The notes beneath the pieces are model-generated. The model did not search any database and had not been told where the DNA came from. It saw nothing but the letters and a program-made list of their open reading frames with translations. From positions 1 to 44,284 of the forward strand of contig JBBCAX010000060.1 of assembly GCA_051382335.1 (NCBI GenBank): a stretch of DNA of 44,284 bases, written 5' to 3'. Position numbers and translations under genes: made by a program. Below, one piece after another: positions 1 through 10,130 of the stretch. The DNA comes from Deltaproteobacteria bacterium TL4. GTDB lineage: Bacteria > SAR324 > NAC60-12. Position 1 is the first letter of the stretch. Each line of letters begins with the position of its first letter.

Positions 1-96
1 GTACTTGCAAATCGCGACTAAGCCATCAATTCCCTTGCGGAAATCTACAGCGTGAATCGCCAGGAAAATCTTATTTTGCGCTGTGACCTGAAGCAT
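1..96 (-). CDS. tnpB: IS66 accessory protein TnpB, N-terminal part (partial)
   Basis: Own translation MLQVTAQNKIFLAIHAVDFRKGIDGLVAICKY contains the TnpB D(F/M)RKG(I/F)DGL motif. GGAGG RBS; overlaps the end of the upstream ORF. Confidence 0.85.
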   Translation of the reverse strand, partial: MLQVTAQNKIFLAIHAVDFRKGIDGLVAICKY

Positions 97-496
97 TATG
101 ACCCTCCAAAAAAGTTGTCATTAGTGAATAGATATCAAAGCCTTGATGATCTGAAGAAACCAGCCTCATTCGAGAACCATCAGATCGTTCAAACTCGACT
201 TGTTGACACGCTGATAAGGAGAAAAGAGAGGGGAAATCAAGATTCGCTTCCACAAATTCGTCCGCGGACTTCCTTTCCATGGCAACAACCTCTTTTTTTT
301 GCAACCGTCGTTTGAAAACACTATGATTCAAGCTAAGGGTTTTGGCTATCACACTGACTGGATAGTGTGAAATTAAAGAGGATGCCTTTTGCCATAAAAC
401 TTCGGGGATTTTTTCACGAGAATGTCTTTTGTGTAAACGCCAGGCTTCAAATTGACGAAGGACTTCTTCTAAAGTGGGTTTTTGATGGGATTGCAT
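71..496 (-). CDS. IS66 TnpA-like HTH protein
   Basis: FEAWR...IPEVLWQKA...IAKTLSLN pattern typical of the first IS66 ORF; directly upstream of tnpB. Confidence 0.75.
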   Translation of the reverse strand: MQSHQKPTLEEVLRQFEAWRLHKRHSREKIPEVLWQKASSLISHYPVSVIAKTLSLNHSVFKRRLQKKEVVAMERKSADEFVEANLDFPSLFSLSACQQVEFERSDGSRMRLVSSDHQGFDIYSLMTTFLEGHNASGHSAK

Positions 497-580
497 GATG
501 ACTCCTTTCCTTTGATGTGTTCAAAAGAACATCATACATAAAAAAAGGAGGATTGTTACCCAGTCTCACCGGAAGGTCAC

Positions 581-1470
581 CCTATACCTACACACCCGCC
601 TGTGAACTTCTCACCAAAATTGTGAATGGTCAGACCACCACCTATAAATATGATGTTTTGGGTAACTTGATTTCTGTAACCTTGGATAATGGAACCATGA
701 TTAAATATCTGATCGATGGACAAAACAGAAGAGTTGGCAAAAAAGTCAATGGCGAGCTTATAAAAGGATGGTTTTACAGAGACGAACTTAATACGATTGC
801 TGGAGTGGATAATGAAGGTAACATTATTAGTCAATTTGTCTATGCGGATCATCCTCACGTACCTGCCTACATGATCAAAAATGGAACTATTTACCTTATC
901 ATTTCTGATCACCTTGGAAGTCCACGTGTCATTGTCAATGTGGAAACCGGTGAGATTGCTCAACGTTTGGATTATGACGAGTTTGGGAATATTCTCCAAG
1001 ACACTAATCCTGGTTTCCAACCTTTCGGCTTTGCCGGGGGCCGCTACGATCCTGATACTAAACTCGTCCGCTTTGGGGCTCGTGATTATTCAGCCGAAAT
1101 TGTGCGTTGGACCACTAAAGAACCCCTGCGGTTCGCCGTGAGCCTTAACTTCTATACGTATGCTTCCAACGATCCCGTGAACCGGATTGATCCCACAGGA
1201 TTATATGACTGGAAGGATTATGTTAGTGCTCTCCCTGATGCTGCTGTTAAGGCTCCTAAGCCTGATATCATGAATCCAAATATTACTGCTCAAGAACAAG
1301 CGACAAATACAGTCATAAATATTTTGGCTGTTCCTCTCATCAATCAATTCTTGCCACAATCTTCCAAACCACCTCCACAAGAAAATACTTTTTCATTATC
1401 TAATTTCACGCCTAGCCTTAGTATCACTCCAACACAAGTAACTCTAACTATAACTTGTAAAGGATTTTGA
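581..1470 (+). pseudogene. Rhs/YD-repeat protein, 5'-truncated: Rhs core plus ~88-aa variable C-terminal tip
   Basis: YxYD repeats, DHLGSPR, YDEFG, PFGFAGG.YD..T.L..FGARDY and the core terminus YASNDPVNRIDPTGL. The first ~21 codons of ORF 517..1470 lie within the IS66 end. Confidence 0.85.
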
Positions 1471-1706
1471 GGCTTATGCGATGGATAATATTGTTTATGC
1501 TCAGTTTGATAGCTATTGGTTGTGGAGTCCATTTTCCTTTACCTTTGCCAAATCTAACAACAAAAGGAATGGAATATCGTTGCATCTGGAAAGATCTTCA
1601 AGGGTGGGAACGTGTCAATGAATTTGCTTCTCCTGACGAATGTAAAAGACAATATTCACATGAAGGAAAAGAAATTTTAGTCGATTGTTCTTGTAGAAAG
1701 CTCTAA
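1467..1706 (+). CDS. Small lipoprotein, candidate Rhs immunity protein
   Basis: Overlaps the Rhs stop. Hydrophobic N-terminus with lipobox-like IAIG-C and several further Cys. Confidence 0.5.
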   Translation: MRLMRWIILFMLSLIAIGCGVHFPLPLPNLTTKGMEYRCIWKDLQGWERVNEFASPDECKRQYSHEGKEILVDCSCRKL

Positions 1707-1719
1707 CCAAAAGAGTTGC

Positions 1720-1938
1720 ATGAAGAAATGTGTAACGGTCTTGAAAACTGTCATTATAATTTTTATTGGATGTCTAATATTTAGAATTGGCCTAATCCTT
1801 ACGCTGGAAATAATTGGAATGGTCCTACCTGGGATACACCGCATTGATAAAAAAGAGCGTGTCTTTATGGAAAATATTCTTCTTATAATTGTAGGGAGTT
1901 GCCTTGTTATTGTATCCCTAGTGATAGTGAAGTTTTGT
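1720..1938 (+). pseudogene. Small two-TM membrane protein (possible second immunity gene), interrupted by a repeat element
   Basis: Two hydrophobic segments, AT-rich. The reading frame runs into the repeat element at 1939. Confidence 0.35.
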
Positions 1939-2040
1939 TATAGTGCTCAAGGAAAGTTTTGTCTTGGGAGCGAGGGCATCTTGTCCTCATCGGAGGGCGG
2001 ACGCCCTCGATCCCAGCAGGAATTTATCTGGACAACTATA
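1939..2040. repeat. Family-A MITE/REP-like element, copy 1
   Basis: TATAGTGCTCAAGGAAAGTTTTGTCTTGGGAGCGAGGGCATCTTG...GAGGGCGGACGCCCTCGATCCCAG...TCTGGACAACTATA. Related copies at 11031, 35282 and 36557. Confidence 0.8.
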
Positions 2041-2134
2041 TTGAGCGTTTTGCTGACTTTGGAACGGCCAAGCCAAAGTCCCAGCGTCCTCATAGTTCCG
2101 AAGACCAGGGTCTGAACAACATGGACGTCCCCAT

Positions 2135-5100
2135 TCATAAAATTTTTGCCACAATAAAATTCACATCATCGCTCGCAGGCTCTGTTCCGCAAAATTCGTG
2201 ATACTCATGAACAATTTTATCTCTAATGCCCCTTGAGTCTAACCCCGCTGAGCTTTGAATACATTGTTTTAATCTTTTTGCGCTAAAAGGCTCTTTTTGC
2301 GAATTTTCATTTTCAATCAGTCCATCGGTCAACCACAGAATGACATCATCTTTTTCCAATTGTTGTGTTTTCATGTGATAGATACTGTCCGGAAAATGAG
2401 ACAGATGGGGACCTGGAATGTTAAGAGACAGAATCGCTTGTTTTTTATCACGATGTCCTCGTTTGACCGTGAAACCGGAAGGACGCCATAGATAACATGG
2501 ATTGTGCGCGGCACTGGTGTAGGTCAGCACTTTATTTTTTAAATCAATGATCGAATAGAAGAACGTCATTGGATACAAGCCATGGGTTACATTATACAGC
2601 ACATTATTGAGTAATTTGAGCAAATAGGTGGGATCATGTAAGCGGAGATCCCTATACCCATTGTCACAATCTTCACGATAGATTTCCATAGAGGTATAAA
2701 AGCTTTCAACCAAGGCCGTAATGAGGGCGGCAGGAACGCCATGTCCGACGACATCACCAATCATAACATCAAGCGTTTGATGATCCTTACGTTCGTTATA
2801 TCCATACCAATCCCCTCCAGTTTCTGATGCTGATTGATAAAAACTGGAAATATCATACAAGTCTGATTGCGGATCTTCCTGTGGAATCAATAGCTCTTGA
2901 ACCGTGTGAGCCGTCTGCAATTCCATTTCCAGGCGTTCTCGTTCTTTTAAATTTTCAACCGCGTTTTTAAATTTAATATGGGTTCTGACACGAGCCAGTA
3001 GTTCATCTTTGTGGAAGGGTTTGGTTAAATAATCATTGGCACCCGTTTGTAAGCCTTGAACTAAATCCGCCACCTGGTTTTTGGCCGTCAGCATAATGAT
3101 GGGCAGTGTCGCCGCATCATATTTCTCCCGAACCCGATTACAAACTTCGTAGCCGCTCATTCGGGGCATCATCAAATCAAGTAAGATTAAATCCGGTTGA
3201 TGTTCTTTAAGAATGTCCAGCGCTCTAAATCCGTCTTGAGCGGCAAGAATGTCATAATGATTCAGACTTAGTTGATTCCTCAGGACTTGAATATTAACAG
3301 GCTCATCGTCAACAATCAGAATGGTTGACCGCTTTTCGCTCGCAGACGCATTCGCCTCTTCATTCACAGGCGTAACGGAAGCTTCAATTGAGCTGTTGGA
3401 TGTTGGGGTTTTTACCGTGTATTGTTGAAAATGTTCCTGGATGCCCTCAGCCTTTTCCAATTCCTGGAGCTTCTCTGTCTTTGAAGCAGACACCGTTTCA
3501 TTTGAGCGTTCACCGAGATGAACCAGCAAATTGAATGAGAAGGTTGAGCCTTTCCCGACGGAGCTTTTTACTGAAATTTTGCCTCCGTGCAATTCAACTA
3601 ATTTTTGAGTTACAGAAAGTCCCAGTCCTGTCCCGCCGTATTCTCTTGCCGTTGATCCATCCCCTTGTTCAAAAGATTGAAAAATAGACCCATGTTTTTC
3701 CTCGGGAATCCCAATACCAGAATCCGTTACCGAAACAAGCATCTGATTGCCGACTTGTTGTGCACTGATTTTGACAAAACCGGCATGGGTGAATTTGATC
3801 GAATTTCCGATCAGATTAATCATAATCTGCTGCAATCGGTTTTCGTCAGCATGGACCAGAGCGCAGGTTTCAGGAATTTCGTTAACGAACTCAAGCTGTT
3901 TATCTCCCATGAGGGGCCTTGCCAAAGTCAACACTAAATCGGAAACGCTTTTAAGATCGACGGCTTTAAGTTGGAGCTCCAACTCATGGTTTTTCATTTT
4001 TGAGAAATCAAGAATGTCATTGACCAGGTTGGCAAGACGCTTTCCGCTTTGGATGATCATTTTCAAATTTTCAGCGTGAATCTCAGAAATAGCTCCGCCA
4101 ATACCATCCAGGATAGACTCACTGAGGCCAATGATTCCGTTTAAAGGCGTTCTTAATTCATGAGAGGTGTTCGCCATAAACTCATCTTTTAATTTGTCAG
4201 CGCGTTTCAAATTCTCGACCGCTTGTTGTTGAGCTTTCAGCGTTTCTTCTTGGGCTGCCATCGCTTGTCTTTGCGCTAAAAACCGTTTCTTCCGCTCGTC
4301 ATTGATTCGATCCGCCAGTCCCAGCGAGAGTAAAACCACAACCATCGCGCTTCCAATTTGAATACTGTTTTCGGTGAAAAAATTTAAAGGCAGAAGGGCA
4401 ATGGTTTTGAGGACAAAGCACAAAATTCCTAATATTAGCGCGGAAAAAGCCAAAACGTAATATTGAGCGGGACGGTAGCCTTTATACAGGGAAATCGGTG
4501 CCACCGTAATGACCCAAAGAACAGGGAGAACAACCCCAACGATCGCAAGCTTAATCCCAATAGCATAGGGAATAAACAGACATAAAGTCATGATCAATAA
4601 AGACAGGACTTCCAGTCCTCTTGATATTTTATGCAGAAAAGGGACATACTCGTTACTGTTCAAAAATGAACGTGAAAAAAGGAATCCAACGTAGGCGGCG
4701 GACATCATCAAGACAGGGAGATTCTGATTGGCCCACCAAGGTGCATTGGGCCACAAATATTCATAAGCGAGTCCATTTAAAGACATTTGAAACATGATAT
4801 ATAAACTAATAAAAACAACGTATAAGAGGTAGTTTTTGTCTCGGATCGCAAAAAAGATAAACAAGTTATAAAGAATCATTACCAGCATCAGGCCATAATA
4901 AATGCCAAGACCATAATTGACTTGTATCGCGTGTTCCGCAAATGCGGTGGGGTTCCAAAGACTCATGGGAAACTGCATCGAGCTGGTTGTCTGGAACCTT
5001 AAGTAGAAGGTTTGTTCTTCAGAAACGAGGTTTAAAGGAAAGATGAATTTATAATATTCAATAGATCGCTGATGAAAAGGGAGTCGGTCTCCAGTCTTTT

Positions 5101-5494
5101 GGTGCAATAATTGGCCTTCAGGAGTGAAGGTATAAAAATCAATAAAATCAATCAAGGGATACCCTAGTTCCAAAAACCATTTTTCTCCGTTTTCCAGTGG
5201 ATTTTGTTTGAGAGTGAAACGGGCCCAGTAGACCGATTGAGTAAACCCATAGGAATTGGCCTGGTTCTTACTTGGCGTGAATCGTCCTGAGACTTCAGGG
5301 GTAACAATGTCCTCAATTTTCAAGTGCCCCTCCGGATCTTCCAGAATGTCCAGGGAAGATCCGAATTCATACAGGGGTTTTCCGTTTTCAAGAAACAGTG
5401 GCGTTGCGCCGTAAAGAGCATGGCCGAAAAAAATTATGATTCCGATGCCTACAGTAACAATTCCAATCATTTTACGGTTCATCATAGCACCCAT
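2135..5494 (-). CDS. Membrane hybrid sensor: 7TMR-DISM extracellular domain + 7TM, HisKA, HATPase, REC, SpoIIE/PP2C phosphatase
   Basis: YGFTQSVYWARF and GDRLPF..R (DISMED2); FMANTSHELRTPLNGI H-box; NLIGNSIKFT, DSGIGI, GGTGLGL; ILIVDD...LLDLMMP...LTAK...KPF; GGDWY, GDVVGHGVPAAL, TDGLIE, DD. Confidence 0.92.
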   Translation of the reverse strand: MGAMMNRKMIGIVTVGIGIIIFFGHALYGATPLFLENGKPLYEFGSSLDILEDPEGHLKIEDIVTPEVSGRFTPSKNQANSYGFTQSVYWARFTLKQNPLENGEKWFLELGYPLIDFIDFYTFTPEGQLLHQKTGDRLPFHQRSIEYYKFIFPLNLVSEEQTFYLRFQTTSSMQFPMSLWNPTAFAEHAIQVNYGLGIYYGLMLVMILYNLFIFFAIRDKNYLLYVVFISLYIMFQMSLNGLAYEYLWPNAPWWANQNLPVLMMSAAYVGFLFSRSFLNSNEYVPFLHKISRGLEVLSLLIMTLCLFIPYAIGIKLAIVGVVLPVLWVITVAPISLYKGYRPAQYYVLAFSALILGILCFVLKTIALLPLNFFTENSIQIGSAMVVVLLSLGLADRINDERKKRFLAQRQAMAAQEETLKAQQQAVENLKRADKLKDEFMANTSHELRTPLNGIIGLSESILDGIGGAISEIHAENLKMIIQSGKRLANLVNDILDFSKMKNHELELQLKAVDLKSVSDLVLTLARPLMGDKQLEFVNEIPETCALVHADENRLQQIMINLIGNSIKFTHAGFVKISAQQVGNQMLVSVTDSGIGIPEEKHGSIFQSFEQGDGSTAREYGGTGLGLSVTQKLVELHGGKISVKSSVGKGSTFSFNLLVHLGERSNETVSASKTEKLQELEKAEGIQEHFQQYTVKTPTSNSSIEASVTPVNEEANASASEKRSTILIVDDEPVNIQVLRNQLSLNHYDILAAQDGFRALDILKEHQPDLILLDLMMPRMSGYEVCNRVREKYDAATLPIIMLTAKNQVADLVQGLQTGANDYLTKPFHKDELLARVRTHIKFKNAVENLKERERLEMELQTAHTVQELLIPQEDPQSDLYDISSFYQSASETGGDWYGYNERKDHQTLDVMIGDVVGHGVPAALITALVESFYTSMEIYREDCDNGYRDLRLHDPTYLLKLLNNVLYNVTHGLYPMTFFYSIIDLKNKVLTYTSAAHNPCYLWRPSGFTVKRGHRDKKQAILSLNIPGPHLSHFPDSIYHMKTQQLEKDDVILWLTDGLIENENSQKEPFSAKRLKQCIQSSAGLDSRGIRDKIVHEYHEFCGTEPASDDVNFIVAKIL

Positions 5495-6922
5495 TTAGTT
5501 AGGCTCTGAAAGAACGACTACATTTCTGCCAGCTTCTTTTCCACGATATAAACAATGATCCGCTTGTTCAATTAATTCGGTAATTGTTTTGGCGGGAGGG
5601 TAAGACGATACTCCAAAAGTCGCGGTAAGATTACCCGTAGGTTGGCTTTTTTGATTGGGAAATTCTGTTTTTTCAACGCACAGACGCAGCTTTTCCGCAA
5701 CCTTATGGGCATTTTCGAGGGAACAGCCTGGAAGAATGACCACAAATTCCTCGCCTCCAAACCTGGCAACCATATCGCCTTTGCGTATATTTTTTGCGAG
5801 AATCGACGCCACCCGTGAGAGGACAACATCCCCCATTTGATGACCATTGGTGTCGTTGTAATGTTTAAAATTATCGACATCCGTGATAATGAATGAAAAC
5901 CGGGGAAGCTTATCAGGATACAAGGTGATCAGAGCTTCGAGATACTCATCCATTCGTCTTCGGTTTGCGATCCCCGTTAATTGATCGGTATCTGCCGCGT
6001 GTTCGACACGATCCAGCTCACGTTGTTTATAGTGCCATACTCGAAATTTCTCGATTCGATGAATGACGTCTTCAACCGCATAGGGTTTTTCAATTTGTTC
6101 CTCGACACCGCGCTCTCTCAAAAAATCGCGTTTCAAAGGGTGCTTGCAGTATTCACTGATCACAAAAATAGGCGCTCCGTGGAGTTTCATCGTACTGAGA
6201 GCAAATCGCAGACCCTCACCTTCAGTGTCTTTTTGGAAACACTCAATATCCACAATGATCATGGTAAAACGATGTTCCAAGGGGTTGTTCAGGAACATTT
6301 GTCCGGAGGTATATTCAACAGGCGTTAATTCCGACCAGTATTTTTCCAAGACCCCCCGCAGGATATCTCGGTCAAATTCGGAAGCATCAATGAGAGCAAC
6401 CTTTAGATGCTTATCAGAACTGACTCGATCGTTCTTATGCAATAAAGATTGCGCGGTAGTGATCCTTAATTTTTCGGCTAAGACATGAGCAAACATGACG
6501 TAGGTAATGGGGGCGACCAGCGCCTCTTCATCCACCTGAAACATCTCCGCAGAAAAGGCGATGAGTTGACAATCTTTCTCCGCAATCACGTCTGCAGAAC
6601 GGGGCGCCGGGTCAATCACAGCCATCTCTCCAACGACATCACCGGGCATTTCCAAACGCAGGATGAATTTTGACCGTGACATCACAGCCAAAGAGCCTTC
6701 GACCAAGATATACATTTCTTGAAAGTCCGTCTCTCCTTCCCGAAGCAAATACTCATTCTCTGCCAAATACACCAAGGTACTCTCACGGATCATATGCTTT
6801 AACAGATTCCCTCTCATCTTCTTAAAATACCGTCCTTTATGAATTTTCCGCATCAACGTCTCTAAGTCTGGATGTTCTTGCGCCGCTGAATCTTCAGGAT
6901 TTTTGAGTGAAATTCTTTTCAT
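5495..6922 (-). CDS. Diguanylate cyclase with cNMP-binding and degenerate receiver domains
   Basis: GEMAVIDPAPRSADVIA cNMP motif; DQLTGIANRR, DVDNFKHYND..GH..GD, RKGD I-site and GGEEF. Its stop abuts the start of the sensor gene. Confidence 0.92.
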   Translation of the reverse strand: MKRISLKNPEDSAAQEHPDLETLMRKIHKGRYFKKMRGNLLKHMIRESTLVYLAENEYLLREGETDFQEMYILVEGSLAVMSRSKFILRLEMPGDVVGEMAVIDPAPRSADVIAEKDCQLIAFSAEMFQVDEEALVAPITYVMFAHVLAEKLRITTAQSLLHKNDRVSSDKHLKVALIDASEFDRDILRGVLEKYWSELTPVEYTSGQMFLNNPLEHRFTMIIVDIECFQKDTEGEGLRFALSTMKLHGAPIFVISEYCKHPLKRDFLRERGVEEQIEKPYAVEDVIHRIEKFRVWHYKQRELDRVEHAADTDQLTGIANRRRMDEYLEALITLYPDKLPRFSFIITDVDNFKHYNDTNGHQMGDVVLSRVASILAKNIRKGDMVARFGGEEFVVILPGCSLENAHKVAEKLRLCVEKTEFPNQKSQPTGNLTATFGVSSYPPAKTITELIEQADHCLYRGKEAGRNVVVLSEPN

Positions 6923-7106
6923 TCCATATTATCTTCTTAAACGTGATCTTCCTTTACCTATGGCTACTACTTAGAGACATAACGAATAATTCTGACTTAT
7001 TCAATAATTTCTCAACGAGCTATGGATTTTTTTAAACAGGAGGAGAAATGGTGGCCTTCAAGACTGTGTTATGAGCCATTAAGAGGAAATTATTGCTGCG
7101 CAAAGA

Positions 7107-7730
7107 TTACTGTGAATTTGTATTTTTTATGATTTTATTATTTTTCGAGGTTTTATTATTTTTCGAGGTTTTATCCTTTTTTATGATTTTATCATTTTTT
7201 GCGGTTTGCTTGGATTGAGGCGATTGGGGTTGTTGGGGTTTCTGTGGAGGCGTCGGTTCAGGATTGGAAGCTCTTAGCAATTTTTCGGCCTGTTCTTGAG
7301 CCTCTTTTTTCGCGAGACGCGCACTGAGTAGCTGTTGATATTGATTATAGTATTGATTGGCTAGTTCCGTTTCATACAGTTTATGATGAGTAAGAGCCAG
7401 ATTGTAATAGACACCTGCCAAATTAGGATTCAACTCCTTCACTCTTTCAAAAGCATCAACCGCTTCGAGGTAGTTGCCTATTTCGTAGTAAGCCAAACCC
7501 AAATTATAATAAAACTCCTGAGTTTCAGAGTCCAGACTGATGGCACGTAAATAATTCCAGATCGCCGCCTGAAAATCTCTCATTTGAAATGATTCGTTTC
7601 CCTGTTGAAAATAATGGAGCGCTGATTTCCGAATTTCCTCTTTCCCCGCACACCCTCCTAATCCAACAAGGATGAGGCTGACAAACGCAAGCATCCAGAT
7701 AAGAGTCGCATTTTTTTTCCCAGATTTCAT
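7107..7730 (-). CDS. TPR-repeat lipoprotein with low-complexity C-terminal tail
   Basis: LGGC lipobox; YYNLGLAYY and YYNLAL TPR motifs; P/Q/K-rich tail with an 18-bp tandem duplication at 7133-7168. Confidence 0.85.
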   Translation of the reverse strand: MKSGKKNATLIWMLAFVSLILVGLGGCAGKEEIRKSALHYFQQGNESFQMRDFQAAIWNYLRAISLDSETQEFYYNLGLAYYEIGNYLEAVDAFERVKELNPNLAGVYYNLALTHHKLYETELANQYYNQYQQLLSARLAKKEAQEQAEKLLRASNPEPTPPQKPQQPQSPQSKQTAKNDKIIKKDKTSKNNKTSKNNKIIKNTNSQ

Positions 7731-7846
7731 GAAGATCCTTTTAGCACCTCAGGTTTTTTAAACTTTTGCTCGTACATTGCATAGCATAAGGCTATGATGT
7801 TCCCAATTTTAGTCAGCGAAAGGTTCTAACCCCAGAATTAGAGGAA

Positions 7847-8320
7847 ATGCATAATTCATACTCAGAGAGAGCTATGTCTTCAAGATATTTGACACTGTGG
7901 AAACAATTGACTGGAATCGTAATCATGTTGGTGACGCTCTTGGGTCCTTTCCTTTTGAATAGCTATGCTCAAGAGAAGAGTGTTTATGATGAGAGTTCTG
8001 ATGAGCTTTCAAAAAGTGAATTGAAACACAAAAAAATGATCAAAGACATGACAAAATTGATGGAGGCGGCAGAGAAGGCGGGGTTTCCTGAGGAGGAATT
8101 AAAAAAAATTACCATTGAAGAGGATGGAGAAACGATTAATGTGTGGGAGTTTCTGAAAAAGCAACAAGAAAAGGACCTTAAGGAAGGCTCTAAAAAGAAG
8201 ACCAAACCTCCACGTTACTTAACGATTCAAGACATTACCAAAGAACTGACTACCCATGAAGACAAAAACTTGAATCAACTGAGGGATAAATTAATTTTAA
8301 GTGGAGAAAATCAAGAATGA
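7847..8320 (+). CDS. Hypothetical exported charged protein
   Basis: RBS-like GAGG. Hydrophobic segment ending SYA-Q; overlaps the bioD start (ATGA). Confidence 0.65.
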   Translation: MHNSYSERAMSSRYLTLWKQLTGIVIMLVTLLGPFLLNSYAQEKSVYDESSDELSKSELKHKKMIKDMTKLMEAAEKAGFPEEELKKITIEEDGETINVWEFLKKQQEKDLKEGSKKKTKPPRYLTIQDITKELTTHEDKNLNQLRDKLILSGENQE

Positions 8321-9027
8321 CAAAGTTAATTTATGTGGGAGGTTCTTCAAAAGGGGTAGGAAAAACTTTTGTGGCCTTAGGTTTAATCACCTGTTTCCTC
8401 ACAGACTCTAAAGTCGGAGCGTTCAAACCTGTGGATGTCGGCCATATTCATTACAACGCAGCCGATGCTTTTACCGATGGAGAACGTCTACATCAGGCGG
8501 CTTTGATGACAGAACACATTAATCTTGTTAATCCTTTTCTATTTAACGAGGATTTACCTCCTGTGCTGGCAGGACAACGAGATGGTGTCAAGATTTCATC
8601 GAAGACGATCAAACAATATTTGGAACTCCTTAAACAACACTTTGAGCTTGTGGTCATCGAAGGCAGCCGGGGACTTTATCTCCCCGTTTCCAGTGAAGAA
8701 ACGGAGTTGGATCTGTTGATTCAGTGGAGACCAAAAATAATTTGGGTGGCAGGCATAGGAGAACACGAATTGTCGGATACACTGTTACAGGTGAAACAAC
8801 TTCAGCAGCAGAATCTTGAGGTCGTAGGCGTTATTCTCAATAATCGGGAAGATAGTTTCCACAGTGATTTAATCCGTTACCAATGGCTGACTCTCGAGCA
8901 ACAGTTAGCGATCCGTGTGATTGGCTTAATTCCCTGTTTGAAGACAGGGCATGACGACGTGAAGACCCTTGGAAAAGTATTGGCTCAGAACTTGGAAGCA
9001 GGGCTTTTGGAAAGGCTCCAAAGTTAG
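8317..9027 (+). CDS. bioD: Dethiobiotin synthase
   Basis: GVGKT P-loop, FKPV, VVIEGSRGL..P, GVILN. Confidence 0.8.
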   Translation: MTKLIYVGGSSKGVGKTFVALGLITCFLTDSKVGAFKPVDVGHIHYNAADAFTDGERLHQAALMTEHINLVNPFLFNEDLPPVLAGQRDGVKISSKTIKQYLELLKQHFELVVIEGSRGLYLPVSSEETELDLLIQWRPKIIWVAGIGEHELSDTLLQVKQLQQQNLEVVGVILNNREDSFHSDLIRYQWLTLEQQLAIRVIGLIPCLKTGHDDVKTLGKVLAQNLEAGLLERLQS

Positions 9028-9036
9028 AGGTATTCT

Positions 9037-9630
9037 ATGAAAATTATTGCAATTTCAGGCAGTTCAGCAAGTGGAAAATCATTATTCGCATCTTATTTGG
9101 CGCAGCGACTACCCAATTCGACGGTCCTGCCCTTAGATCATTTTTATTTGAATCGTCCTGATCCTGTTTCAATGGAACAGTATAATTTTGATGTTCCCAC
9201 AGCCTTTGACTTCAAGTTGTTTCATCATGTCTTTGAAGAGCTACTCTCCCTAAAACCTGTTCTGATCCCAACGTATGATTACCGTATTGGAAAACGGCAA
9301 AAGAATACGCTTAAGCTGGTTCCAGGTGCCTATCTTATTTTGGACGGGCTTTATACCCTGATGCATGCAAGCATTCGTTCCTCGCTCCATTATTCTTTTT
9401 TCCTTGAAAGTCCACCGGATGTTACTTTGGGTCGCCGGGTTTTAAGAGATATTCAAGAGCGTCAAACTACCGCGGAATTCAGTATTCACCAATACTTTAC
9501 CTTTGTCCGTCCGGCCTATTACTCTTTTGTTTTGCCCACAAAACAATATGCTCATCTGGTTGTGGAAAATGACTACCAAAGTCGATTAGATTTATTTTTG
9601 GATGATTTTCTGCAAAGATACCAATTATAG
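9037..9630 (+). CDS. udk: Uridine kinase
   Basis: ISGSSASGKS, DHFY, NFDVPTAFD, PTYDY, RRVLRDIQER, VRPAY...PTKQYA. Confidence 0.9.
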   Translation: MKIIAISGSSASGKSLFASYLAQRLPNSTVLPLDHFYLNRPDPVSMEQYNFDVPTAFDFKLFHHVFEELLSLKPVLIPTYDYRIGKRQKNTLKLVPGAYLILDGLYTLMHASIRSSLHYSFFLESPPDVTLGRRVLRDIQERQTTAEFSIHQYFTFVRPAYYSFVLPTKQYAHLVVENDYQSRLDLFLDDFLQRYQL

Positions 9631-9876
9631 GAATGAGACGTGAGGTATGAGAAATGAAAAATCTCAACGCATTGAAATCATAATCAAAGTATTGAAATCT
9701 CATAACTCATAAATGCAGATCTCACCCCTTCTGAGTATAAAAACACGGTAGAAAGTCGCGCAGCCAGAGACCGGCCCATCAGAAGGTTTTGGGTGTAAAG
9801 TTGGCGGGCGTTTCGAGGGAAAAGACTTCATCATGGATGGAGGCCAGAGACAGACACGATTGCAGGACGTCCTCTC

Positions 9877-10130
9877 TCACGGAAGACTCAGTATCCACAT
9901 AGAAAGCTCTCCTCGCCGCCATTGTTGTTCGCGCTCACTCAATCTTCGCTCAAAGCGCTGCCATCGTTGTTTTTGCAGACGGATCGTCCCTCGAAAAATC
10001 CTGACACCCAGATAATTGATGCCTTCTGAAACGAGCGCCAGCCTGGTGGCTTTGGGTTTGAGCGTTAACGTCAGTCGCTCTGTTAGAAACTGCTGGAGTT
10101 CAAAATGCAACTTCTGGAGATGAACTTTGC
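9877..10130 (-). pseudogene. C-terminal fragment of a reverse transcriptase, DGR-type (palm motifs 6-7/thumb)
   Basis: KVHLQKLHFELQQFLTERLTLTLKPKATRLALVSEGINYLGVRIFRGTIRL...RFERRL...W..GELS fits the post-YxDD region of bacterial RTs. The 5' part is cut at an IS inverted repeat (10131). Confidence 0.7.

Larger units (their letters stand above)
1..580 (-). mobile_element. IS66-family element, left part (continues beyond window start)
   Basis: TnpA-like and TnpB ORFs on the minus strand. IS66-like terminus GTGACCTTCCGGTGAGAC (minus strand, 580-563) sits exactly where the Rhs-like sequence begins. Confidence 0.75.

Noticed and set aside
7133..7168. 18-bp tandem repeat as a phase-variation switch
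   Set aside because: In frame and within a low-complexity tail; little expected effect.
9721..9880. Template repeat next to the RT fragment
   Set aside because: Not AAC-rich on either strand and not similar to either VR.
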